Source of the DNA: an uncultured Acidobacteriota bacterium
Lineage (GTDB): Bacteria; Acidobacteriota; Thermoanaerobaculia; UBA5066
Length of the DNA stretch: 64,000 nt
NCBI GenBank assembly: GCA_963779415.1
Contig: CAVZYA010000003.1
Span: 320,001-384,000 of the forward strand
Direction: 5' to 3'
Shown here: positions 29,462 through 37,838 of the stretch, piece after piece
Layout of the letters: every line of letters starts with the position of its first letter
How positions within the stretch are numbered: position 1 is the first letter of the stretch
Program-made: the position numbers and the translations under genes
The notes under the pieces: model-generated
Told to the model about the DNA's origin: nothing
The model's input: the letters and a program-made list of their open reading frames with translations, nothing else
The model's database searches: none

Positions 29462-31756
29462 ATGGCGCGGGAGAGTGCTGGCATAGGCATCCAACCGGGG
29501 ACACGACTGGGGCCTTACGAGGTCGTTTCGCTGCTCGGCGCTGGCGGAATGGGCGAGGTGTATCGCGCCCGCGACCCGCGCCTCGGCCGCGAGGTCGCGA
29601 TCAAGACGATCGCTCCCCATCTCGGCGGCGGGCCGGAGGCGCTCGCCCGATTCCAGCGCGAGGCCCGGACGATCGCGGCCCTGACCCATCCGAACATCCT
29701 GGCCGTCTTCGACGTGGGAACCCACGAAGACGTCTGGTTTCTCGTGACGGAGCTGCTCGAAGGGGAGACCCTGGGCGAGAGGCTCTCACGCAACGTCCTC
29801 CCCTGGACGAAAGCGGTCGACATCGCGGCGGCCGTGGCCGAGGGGCTCGCGGACGCCCATGCGCACGGGATCGTCCACCGCGACCTCAAGCCGGGAAATC
29901 TGTTCCTGACGTCGGAGGGACGGGTCAAGATCCTCGACTTCGGCCTGGCCCGGCGGATCCTCTCCGCGGCCGCTGCCGGGGACGCGGAGGCGCCGACGCT
30001 CGCGCCCTCCACGGAGCCCGGGACGATCCTGGGCACCGTCCTCTACATGTCGCCGGAGCAGGTCGAGGGCGGGCCGCTCGACGCCCGCTCGGACATCTAC
30101 TCGCTCGGATCCGTCCTCTACGAAATGCTCGCCGGGAAGCCTCCCTTCCCGTCCACGTCGCCTGGCGGAACGATGGCGGCCATCCTGCGTGATCCTCCGC
30201 CGCCGATCCCCGGGGACCGGCAGGCGCTCCCGGCCGGCCTCGAACGCGTCGTGTGGCGCTGTCTCGAAAAGAACCCGGACGAGCGGTTCCAGTCGGCCCG
30301 GGATCTGGCATTCGCGCTCCGGGCCTTTTCCCGCGGCGCGGCGCCGACCGCTGAGGAGGCCGCAGTCCGGAGGGGTCCCCCGTCCGTAGCCGTCCTTCCG
30401 TTCCGTAATCTCAGCGCCGATCCGGAGAACGAGTTCTTTGTCGACGGGATCCTGGAGGACGTGATCGCGCATTTGTCGAAAATCCGCTCCCTGAAGGTGA
30501 TTTCCCGGTCGTCGGTGATGCCCTTCAAGGACCGGGAGCAGAGCCCGCGGGAGATCGGGACGACTCTGGGCGCTTCTGCGATCCTGGAAGGGAGCGTCCG
30601 GCGCGCCGGGAATCGCGTGCGCATCGTCGCGCAGCTCATCGAGGCCCGGACGAACGAGCACATCTGGGCCGAAACCTACGACCGCGAGCTCACCGACATC
30701 TTCGCGATTCAGACCGACGTCGCCTTCCAGATCGCCGCGGCATTGAAGGCGGAGCTCTCTCTCGACGAGCGGCGCCGGATCCAGAGGACTCCGACTCGCG
30801 ATCTCCGCGCCTATCAGCTCTACCTTCAGGGGAGGTACTGCCACAGCCGGTACACCGAGGAGGGGTTCCGAAAGGGCATCGGCTACTTCGAGGAGGCGAT
30901 CGCCGCGGACCCGGAGTTTGCGCTGGCGCACGCGGGGCTGGCGCTGGCGTATGCCGAGCTCGGCCAGGAACAGGGCTCCGGGGCGCTCAAACCCGCGGAG
31001 GCCTTTCGAAGGGCCCGGGAAGCCGTCGCGAAGGCGCTGGCGCTCGACAACGCGCTCGCGGAAGCGCACGGCGTCGTGGCGCTTCTGAAGTTCATATGCG
31101 ATTACGACTGGGTCGGCGCCGAACGGGAATTCCAGCGCGCGCTCGAGCTCAGTCCGGGGAGCGCGGACCTCCACGATCACTACGGATGGCTCTGTTCGGC
31201 GCTCGGGCGATACGACGACGCGATCCGGCTCGTGAAGCGCGCGCAGGAGCTGGACCCGCTGACCCATCGTTCGGATCTCGCCAACGAACTGCTCCGGGCG
31301 GGTCGGATCGCTGAGGCGCTGGCGCTCGCCGAGCGGCTCGTCGAATTCGAGCCCGACTACCCGAGGGGCCACTCGATCTCGGGCTGGGCCCTCATCGCGA
31401 TGGGCCGCAGCCGCGAAGGACTCGAGGCGCTCGAGCGGGCCGCCGCGCTGAGCCCGGAGAGCACGACCTTCCTGGGACAGCTTGGCCAGGCGTACGGGAT
31501 GACCGGCGAGGAGGCGAAGGCCCGGGACGTTCTCGCGTGCCTTCACGCCCTGTCTCTGACCCGCACCATCTCCCCGTACGCCTTCGCTTACGTTCACACC
31601 GGCCTCGGCGAGAACGACCTGGCTCTCGACTGGCTCGAAAGGGCCTACGAGCAGGGGTCGGGTCCGATCTACGGAATCAAGGGTTCGTTCCTGTTCCGGA
31701 GCCTCCGGTCGCATCCCAGATTCACGGCGCTCCTCCGGAAGATGAACCTCGCCTGA
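29462..31756 (+). CDS. Hanks-type Ser/Thr kinase with TolB-like and TPR domains
   Basis: LGAGGMGEVY, VAIK, HRDLKPGN, DFG and YMSPEQ; then SVAVLPFRNLS (TolB-like N domain) and multiple TPRs. Confidence 0.93.
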   Translation: MARESAGIGIQPGTRLGPYEVVSLLGAGGMGEVYRARDPRLGREVAIKTIAPHLGGGPEALARFQREARTIAALTHPNILAVFDVGTHEDVWFLVTELLEGETLGERLSRNVLPWTKAVDIAAAVAEGLADAHAHGIVHRDLKPGNLFLTSEGRVKILDFGLARRILSAAAAGDAEAPTLAPSTEPGTILGTVLYMSPEQVEGGPLDARSDIYSLGSVLYEMLAGKPPFPSTSPGGTMAAILRDPPPPIPGDRQALPAGLERVVWRCLEKNPDERFQSARDLAFALRAFSRGAAPTAEEAAVRRGPPSVAVLPFRNLSADPENEFFVDGILEDVIAHLSKIRSLKVISRSSVMPFKDREQSPREIGTTLGASAILEGSVRRAGNRVRIVAQLIEARTNEHIWAETYDRELTDIFAIQTDVAFQIAAALKAELSLDERRRIQRTPTRDLRAYQLYLQGRYCHSRYTEEGFRKGIGYFEEAIAADPEFALAHAGLALAYAELGQEQGSGALKPAEAFRRAREAVAKALALDNALAEAHGVVALLKFICDYDWVGAEREFQRALELSPGSADLHDHYGWLCSALGRYDDAIRLVKRAQELDPLTHRSDLANELLRAGRIAEALALAERLVEFEPDYPRGHSISGWALIAMGRSREGLEALERAAALSPESTTFLGQLGQAYGMTGEEAKARDVLACLHALSLTRTISPYAFAYVHTGLGENDLALDWLERAYEQGSGPIYGIKGSFLFRSLRSHPRFTALLRKMNLA

Positions 31757-31790
31757 AGCGCAGCAAAGGGAAAACGACCGGAGCTCCAGC

Positions 31791-32648
31791 ATGAACGCGA
31801 GCCCTGCGGCCACCGCCTTCGCCATCTCCTTCCGACGCGTTACCGTCCGCCGCGGCCGCGAGCTCGCGCTCGACGGCGTCACCTTCGACGTTCCGGCGGG
31901 CTCGGTCTTCGCCCTCCTCGGGCCGGAGGGTTCCGGCCGCTCGGCCCTGCTCCGGTGCCCCCTCGGACGGGTGAAGCCCGACGCGGGGACCTGTTTCGTC
32001 TTCGGGGTGGCCGCCTGGCCGTCACGCCGGGCCGCGAGGCGCCGCATCGGCGCCGTCCTCGCGAAGGCGGACGCCCCCACGGACCCGTCCGCCCCCCTCT
32101 CGCGCTTCTTCAGACGTCTTCTCCCCCGCCGGGATGCCGAGTCTCCCTCCGGGCTCCTCGCGAGGCTGCGTGGCGCCGGAGCCTCGAGCCCCGACCTCGT
32201 CGTCCTCGACGACACGGCGCTCGCTTCCGACCCGGCCGCGCGGCGGGATACCCTCGAGCCTCTCCTGCGCGAGGCGGCGGGGCGCGGAGCGACGGTCCTG
32301 ATCGTGACGGACGACCTTCCTCTCGTCGAGCGTGTCGCGACGCACGTCGGGATCCTTCGGAGGGGACGGCTCGCCCTCGTCGGGCCGCTCGGGACCGTGA
32401 GGGCCCGGTTCCGCCGGATCCGCTACTCGAACGAGCGGACCGAGGAGCGGACGGAGTTCGGGACCGAGCTCGATGCCTTCGACGCCGTGCAAGTGAAGGT
32501 GAGGGGCTGGGGAATCGACGCCGTCGTCTCGAACTTCGACGAGGGGGCGTTCGCGCGGTTCGCCTCGACCGAAGGCGTCGTCGATGCCGAGGCCGAGGAG
32601 CTCTCGCTCGAGGAGATCTTCGAGGCCGTCTCCGGGGTCGGACGGTGA
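31791..32648 (+). CDS. degenerate ABC-type ATP-binding-like protein
   Basis: ALDGVTFDVPAGSVFALLGPEGSGRS (Walker A with K to R), DLVVLDD, TVLIVTDDL (H-loop lost), no LSGGQ signature, SLEEIF C-terminus. Confidence 0.75.
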   Translation: MNASPAATAFAISFRRVTVRRGRELALDGVTFDVPAGSVFALLGPEGSGRSALLRCPLGRVKPDAGTCFVFGVAAWPSRRAARRRIGAVLAKADAPTDPSAPLSRFFRRLLPRRDAESPSGLLARLRGAGASSPDLVVLDDTALASDPAARRDTLEPLLREAAGRGATVLIVTDDLPLVERVATHVGILRRGRLALVGPLGTVRARFRRIRYSNERTEERTEFGTELDAFDAVQVKVRGWGIDAVVSNFDEGAFARFASTEGVVDAEAEELSLEEIFEAVSGVGR

Positions 32649-32680
32649 AGTGTCGGCCGGGCATCCCGTAAGATCGGGGC

Positions 32681-33649
32681 GTGACGACCCCGGCCCAGCA
32701 GCAGGCCCGGCGGGTTCTGGAGATCGAGGCGGAGGCGGTCCGCTCGCTTCTCGAGGACCTCGACGCGGGGTTCGACGCCGCCGTCGAAGCGATGAAGGGG
32801 ACCGCGGGGCGCGTGGTGGTGACCGGGATCGGAAAGAGCGGCATCGTGGGGCAGAAGATCGCCGCGACGCTCGCCTCGACAGGGACGGCGGCCTTCTTCC
32901 TCCACCCGACGGAGGCGATTCACGGAGATCTCGGGGTGATCCTGAAGGGAGACGTCGTCCTCGCCGTCTCCTATTCCGGCGAGACCGAGGAGCTGATCGC
33001 CCTCGCGCCACACGTGAAGCGGCGGGGCGCGTCGCTCGTCGCCCTGACCGGGAGCCCGACCTCGTCCCTCGGCCGGAGCGCCGACATCGTCGTGACCTGC
33101 CGTATCCGCGAGGAAGCCTGTCCCCTGAATCTCGCGCCGACGGCCTCCACGACCGCCCAGATGGCGATGGGGGACGCGCTCGCGATGGCGCTCTCGGTCG
33201 AAAAGGGTTTCCGGCCGGAGGATTTCGCCGCGCTCCACCCCGGCGGCAAACTCGGGAAGCGCTTTCTCCACGTCTCGGACCTGATGCACACCGGGGACGC
33301 GGTGCCGGTCGTGCCGGAGACCGCCGCGATGAAGGTCGTCGTCTACGAGATGTCGAAAAAGCGGTTCGGCATCACGGGCGTCGTCGACGGCGGCGGACGG
33401 CTCGCGGGCGCCATCTCCGACGGCGACCTCCGGCGCCTCCTCGAGCGCCACGGCTCGAAGGCGATGGACCTTTCGGCGGGCGAGGCGATGAGCCGAAGCC
33501 CGAAGACGATCGCGGCCTCGGCCTTCGCGACGGCGGCCGTCCTCGGGATGGAGGAGCAGAAGATCACCTCGCTCTTCGTCGTGGACGACGGCGGCCGGCC
33601 CGAGGGGATCCTGCACCTGCACGATCTCTGGGGCATCGAGTCGATCTGA
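32681..33649 (+). CDS. kdsD: arabinose-5-phosphate isomerase (KpsF/GutQ family, SIS + CBS)
   Basis: VTGIGKSG, ASTGT, EAIHGDLG, APTASTTA, HPGGKLG and SDGDLRR motifs. Confidence 0.96.
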   Translation: MTTPAQQQARRVLEIEAEAVRSLLEDLDAGFDAAVEAMKGTAGRVVVTGIGKSGIVGQKIAATLASTGTAAFFLHPTEAIHGDLGVILKGDVVLAVSYSGETEELIALAPHVKRRGASLVALTGSPTSSLGRSADIVVTCRIREEACPLNLAPTASTTAQMAMGDALAMALSVEKGFRPEDFAALHPGGKLGKRFLHVSDLMHTGDAVPVVPETAAMKVVVYEMSKKRFGITGVVDGGGRLAGAISDGDLRRLLERHGSKAMDLSAGEAMSRSPKTIAASAFATAAVLGMEEQKITSLFVVDDGGRPEGILHLHDLWGIESI

Positions 33650-33670
33650 GGGAGATTCCGGGCGTTGTCG

Positions 33671-34468
33671 ATGCAGCTCTACACGATGGCGCTCTCGCGC
33701 CTCGTGCCGCTTCTCCTTCTCGTCTCCGTCTTTCTCATCGCCGGACGTTTCGTCCACGATCGGGCCCGGGGGAGTCATCCCGCTCTCGCGAGGCCGCTCT
33801 TCGGTGCGGTCCTCCTCTGCGGGGCCCTGGTCGTCGCTCCCCTCGTCGCCCGCGACTCGATCCTCGTCGGAGCCGAGCGAGCCTTCCAGGCGGGAGACTG
33901 GCCGACCGCGGCAAGGCGCTTCGAAACCTACGCGGCGCTCCGGGGAACGGCGCGGGGGAACGAGGGCTACCGCTGGGCGCTGGCCCTCATGAACTCTCAC
34001 CGGTATTCGGATGCCGAAAGCGTCCTGATAAGGAGCTTTCCTCCGCCCGGCGAGCGCACGGTCGCCATCCGGCCCGACCGCGTACTCGCACTGGCCGTTT
34101 GTCGCTACTACACCGGGCGCCACGAGCTGGCCAGAAAGACGCTCCTCGCGATCCCGCCCGGGCTCTCGGCGGTCCGCGAATACCTGTTGGGCCGCATTGA
34201 CGAGGAAGAGGGAATGCGCGACGCCTCCGTCGCGAACTACCGGGAAGCGCTCCGGAGAGAGCCCGGCTTCTACCCGGCCCTCTATCAGCTCGTCCGCGTC
34301 CTCGTCCTCGAAGGCCGGCTGGCCGAGGCCGAAGGCGCCGTGGAGTCCTTTGAGCGGAAAGCGGGGACCCGCTCCGCAAACACGGCACTCGATGACCTGA
34401 AACGCGCGGCCCGCCGGGCTTCTCCTCCGCCCGGCCCGAAGGAGTTCCTGCTTGTTCAGGCGGACTAG
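33671..34468 (+). CDS. membrane-anchored TPR protein
   Basis: Two N-terminal hydrophobic helices followed by TPR-like helices (YLLGRI...YREALRREPGFYPALYQL). Confidence 0.65.
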   Translation: MQLYTMALSRLVPLLLLVSVFLIAGRFVHDRARGSHPALARPLFGAVLLCGALVVAPLVARDSILVGAERAFQAGDWPTAARRFETYAALRGTARGNEGYRWALALMNSHRYSDAESVLIRSFPPPGERTVAIRPDRVLALAVCRYYTGRHELARKTLLAIPPGLSAVREYLLGRIDEEEGMRDASVANYREALRREPGFYPALYQLVRVLVLEGRLAEAEGAVESFERKAGTRSANTALDDLKRAARRASPPPGPKEFLLVQAD

Positions 34469-35408
34469 CGTCCGGGTGGAAGACGTCGCCTCCATCGGAC
34501 TCACCGTTTCGCTCGTCGCCTTCGCCGGGATTCGCTCCGCGCTCTCCGACCTGCGCCTCGACGAATCGAACTGGTGGGACCTCTCCTTCATCCTCACGCC
34601 GGTGTCGGTCCTCGTTTTTTTCGCGGCGTGCCGCTATGCATGGAGAGGGGACGAGGCCGGGTCTCCGTCGGTATTCAACTCCGTCGGAACCACGATTCGC
34701 GACTGGCTGCCGTTCCTGATCTTCTCACTGACGTACGAGACCTTTCGGAGCCGGATCTGGAGCCTCGTCCTCGTCCGGGACCGTGATGCCGAGCTCCTCC
34801 GGCTCGACCGCCTCCTCTTCGGTGAGACCCCGAGCGTCCTGCTCCAGCACGCCATCACGCCGCTCCTGACGAACGCGATGTCGGTCTTCTACTTCCTGCA
34901 CCTGGTCGCCCCGCCGGTGTTGGCCTTCGCTCTCTACCGCAAGGATCGGCGACTCTTCCGCGAGTTCCTCTTCGCCGTCCTCCTCTCGGGAGCCATCGGC
35001 TCGGCCGGGTACCTCACCGTTCCCGCCACCGGACCCCAGGTCGCGTATCCGGAACTGTTCCCGGTACCTCTCCAGGGAGACGTCTTCGACCCGATCACCC
35101 GCATCCTCGAGACGGCCCGCGCCCCGCGGGACGTCTTCCCGAGCCTCCACGTCGGCGTCTCGACGATCGTCCTCTACTACGCCTTTCGCCGAGGGAGGCT
35201 TCCGGGCCTCATCCTGCTCCCCTTCGTACTCGGCAACTGGGTCTCCACGCTCTATCTGAGGTACCACTACCTCGTCGACGTCTTTGCCGGCTGGGGGGTC
35301 GCCTTCCTGGCGATCGCCCTCTCGCGTTACCTGCTCGGCCTCGAGGGCCGCTTCCGGTCGTCCCGGAAGGAAAAGCTCTCTTTTGAGCGTGAGAGCAAGG
35401 CCGATTGA
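34452..35408 (+). CDS. PAP2 superfamily membrane enzyme, Aur1/IPC-synthase-like
   Basis: RDWLPF, LDRLLFG, YLTVPATGP, RDVFPSLHVG and YHYLVDVFAG motifs with multiple TM helices. Confidence 0.85.
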   Translation: MFRRTSVRVEDVASIGLTVSLVAFAGIRSALSDLRLDESNWWDLSFILTPVSVLVFFAACRYAWRGDEAGSPSVFNSVGTTIRDWLPFLIFSLTYETFRSRIWSLVLVRDRDAELLRLDRLLFGETPSVLLQHAITPLLTNAMSVFYFLHLVAPPVLAFALYRKDRRLFREFLFAVLLSGAIGSAGYLTVPATGPQVAYPELFPVPLQGDVFDPITRILETARAPRDVFPSLHVGVSTIVLYYAFRRGRLPGLILLPFVLGNWVSTLYLRYHYLVDVFAGWGVAFLAIALSRYLLGLEGRFRSSRKEKLSFERESKAD

Positions 35409-35424
35409 CAGATAATCCGCCCGA

Positions 35425-36033
35425 ATGCCCACCGCCCCGATCCTTCCCGAGGACCTCCGCACGAAGCTCGCCCGGATCCGCGGCCTGATCCTCGACGTGG
35501 ACGGCGTTCTGACGGATGGAGCGCTGACCTTCGACGAGGATGGGCGCGAGTGGAAGACCTTCGATGTGAAGGACGGACTGGGGCTCGTTCTCCTGCGCGA
35601 CCTCGGCTACAAGATCGGCATCGTCTCAAGCCGGACGTCGAAGGTGGTCCTCGCCCGCTGCCGCGACCTGAAGGTTCCCGAGGGATACATCCTTCAGGGA
35701 GAACGGGACAAGGCGGCCGCGTTCGACAAGGTCGCCGCGCTCTGGGAGCTTCAGCCGTGGGAGATCGCCGTCGTCGGCGACGACCTCCCCGACCTCGGAA
35801 TGCTGCGGCGCGCGGGGGTGGGCGCCTGCCCGGCCGACGCCGTCGGAATCGTCCGGGAAGCCGCGGCGCTCCGCCTCACGCGGCCCGGCGGCAGCGGGGC
35901 CGTCCGCGAGATGTGCGACCTGATCCTCGAGGCGCGACGCGGCGCCCGGGCAGACCGCCCCTCGCCCGTTCCGCCGGAGCCCCAGTCTCCTACCGACGGC
36001 GACGTCATCCCCTTCCCCGGCTCGCGCGGCTGA
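35425..36033 (+). CDS. kdsC: KDO8P phosphatase (HAD family)
   Basis: LILDVDGVLTDG, FDVKDG, VGDDLPD and GGSGAVRE motifs. Confidence 0.94.
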   Translation: MPTAPILPEDLRTKLARIRGLILDVDGVLTDGALTFDEDGREWKTFDVKDGLGLVLLRDLGYKIGIVSSRTSKVVLARCRDLKVPEGYILQGERDKAAAFDKVAALWELQPWEIAVVGDDLPDLGMLRRAGVGACPADAVGIVREAAALRLTRPGGSGAVREMCDLILEARRGARADRPSPVPPEPQSPTDGDVIPFPGSRG

Positions 36034-36096
36034 GCCCCGCCGGGGAGTGAATCCGCCGCCCGTAAGGGACGGTACGGACGGAAGGGAGGAGCCGAG

Positions 36097-36678
36097 ATGC
36101 TCGTTGCGTCCCAGATCCGGGCCGGCACGGCTCTTCGACTCTCGGGAGAGATCTGGAAGGTCCTCGCCGCTGAATACCACGGCGGCGGCGGGAAGATGGG
36201 AGGCGTCACGCACGCCCGGCTCCGGAACCTCCGGACCGGAACGCAGCGCGAATGGCGCTTCCGGGCCGAGGAGCCGATCGAGGCCGTCGAGCTGGAGAAG
36301 CAGAATCTCCAGTTCCTCTACGGCGACGCGGAGAGCTCCACCTTCATGAACCCCCTCACGTTCGAGCAGACCGAGGTGGAGAACGCCCTCCTCGGAACAG
36401 CAGCGGCTTACCTGACGCCGGAGATGACGGTTCCCGTGGAGTTCTGCGAGGGGCGCCCGATCGGCGTGACGTTCCCCGAGATCGTCGAGGTCCGCGTCGC
36501 CAAGACGGCCGCGCCGGTCCACACCCAGGGCCAGGACAACGTCCGGAAGAAAGCGACGCTCGAGAACGGCGTCGCGCTCCTCGTCCCGCCGTTCATCGCC
36601 GAAGGGGAGTGGATCCGCGTCGACGTCGAGAAGGGGACCTACGTCGAACGGGCGAAGGGCGCGAAGTGGAAGCCGTGA
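36097..36678 (+). CDS. efp: elongation factor P family protein with atypical loops
   Basis: EF-P framework (LRNLRTG, LQFLY, FMNPLTFEQ, KATLENG, VPPFIAEGE.IRVD...YVER), but the loop reads YHGGGGKMGG instead of PGKG. Confidence 0.88.
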   Translation: MLVASQIRAGTALRLSGEIWKVLAAEYHGGGGKMGGVTHARLRNLRTGTQREWRFRAEEPIEAVELEKQNLQFLYGDAESSTFMNPLTFEQTEVENALLGTAAAYLTPEMTVPVEFCEGRPIGVTFPEIVEVRVAKTAAPVHTQGQDNVRKKATLENGVALLVPPFIAEGEWIRVDVEKGTYVERAKGAKWKP

Positions 36679-36681
36679 GCC

Positions 36682-37449
36682 CTAGCCCGCGGCCTTCGGG
36701 TCCCGCTTCTTGAACGCCCAGGCGAGCCCCACGCCGAGGAGATAGAGCCCGCACATCGGCAGCGCGAAGGCGCACTGCGTCGGGATGTCGGGGGTCGGCG
36801 TGATGACGGCCGCGATGATGAAGATGATCAGGACGGCGTATCGGAACTTCGCGAGGAGCCACTTTTCGTCGACGACGCCGATCCGCGCCAGGAAGAAGAT
36901 CAGGAGCGGCGTCTCGAAGACGAGCCCCATCCCGAGAAGGATCTTCGAGACGATGTCGAGATAGTCCTCGATCTTCAGGACGGGCATGAAGTCCTCGCCC
37001 GTGGAGACGAGAAAGTTCGCGACCATCGGGAACGCGACGGAATAGCCGAAGAACCCTCCGCCGACGAAGAAGACGACCGAGGAGCCGACGAACGGGAGGA
37101 CCCACTTCTTCTCTTTCTTGTAGAGCCCCGGGGCCACGAAGAGCCAGAGCTGCCAGAGGATCACGGGGCTCGCGACGAAGATCCCCGCGATCAGCGCCAC
37201 GTTGACGTAGAGCATGAAGGGCTCGGTCAGCTGCGTGTAGGCCAGCTTCGTCCCCTGCGGGAGGGCCTTGAGCACCGGCGCCGAGAGGATCTGGAAGATC
37301 TCCTTCGCCCGCCACCAGCAGATCAGGAAACCGACGGCCACGGCGGCGACCGACCAGACGAGCCGCTTTCGCAGGTCCTCGAGGTGCTCGAGGAACGTCA
37401 TCCGGGGGAGTTCTTCCTCCGGGTCTCCCCCGGTCCGCCGCTCGATCAC
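36682..37449 (-). CDS. tatC: twin-arginine translocase subunit TatC
   Basis: MTFLEHLEDLRKRL, LWLFVAPGLY, FETP and AAVITPTPD motifs. Confidence 0.96.
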   Translation of the reverse strand: MIERRTGGDPEEELPRMTFLEHLEDLRKRLVWSVAAVAVGFLICWWRAKEIFQILSAPVLKALPQGTKLAYTQLTEPFMLYVNVALIAGIFVASPVILWQLWLFVAPGLYKKEKKWVLPFVGSSVVFFVGGGFFGYSVAFPMVANFLVSTGEDFMPVLKIEDYLDIVSKILLGMGLVFETPLLIFFLARIGVVDEKWLLAKFRYAVLIIFIIAAVITPTPDIPTQCAFALPMCGLYLLGVGLAWAFKKRDPKAAG

Positions 37450-37727
37450 GAGGGCTTCGTCGTCCCGGTCTCGACCTTCCCGGCCGGCGCATCGGAAGGA
37501 GCGGCTCCGGCGGGAGGCGGCGAAGGCGGCGGTTCGACCGGCGGAGTCTCCTTCGTGGCGCGGTCCATTTCGTCCTCGATCGTCCGCTTCAGCTCGTTCG
37601 ACGTCCGCTTGAACTCGCCGAGAGCCTTCCCCACCTGCTTGCCGATCTCCGGGAGCTTCTGGGGCCCGAACAGGAGCAGCGCCAGGACGAGGATCATCAC
37701 GAGCTCGGGCATTCCGATGTTGCCCAT
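37446..37727 (-). CDS. tatA: twin-arginine translocase subunit TatA/TatB
   Basis: MGNIGMPELVMILVLALLLFGPQKLPEIGKQVGKALGEFK; overlaps the tatC start. TatA and TatB cannot be firmly distinguished. Confidence 0.85.
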   Translation of the reverse strand: MGNIGMPELVMILVLALLLFGPQKLPEIGKQVGKALGEFKRTSNELKRTIEDEMDRATKETPPVEPPPSPPPAGAAPSDAPAGKVETGTTKPS

Positions 37728-37838
37728 CCGAACGGCGCCTCCTCGCGCGCCGGAGAGAGAATCGACTGCGACACCACCGAAGTCAAGGCGGCCGGCGGAT
37801 GACGGAATGCTACCCTTGGCGCCGTCAGGGAGGTCCTC

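Noticed and set aside
29462-32648. Mobile element or defence island inserted in the kds cluster
   Set aside because: No integrase, transposase, terminal repeats or recognisable defence domains.
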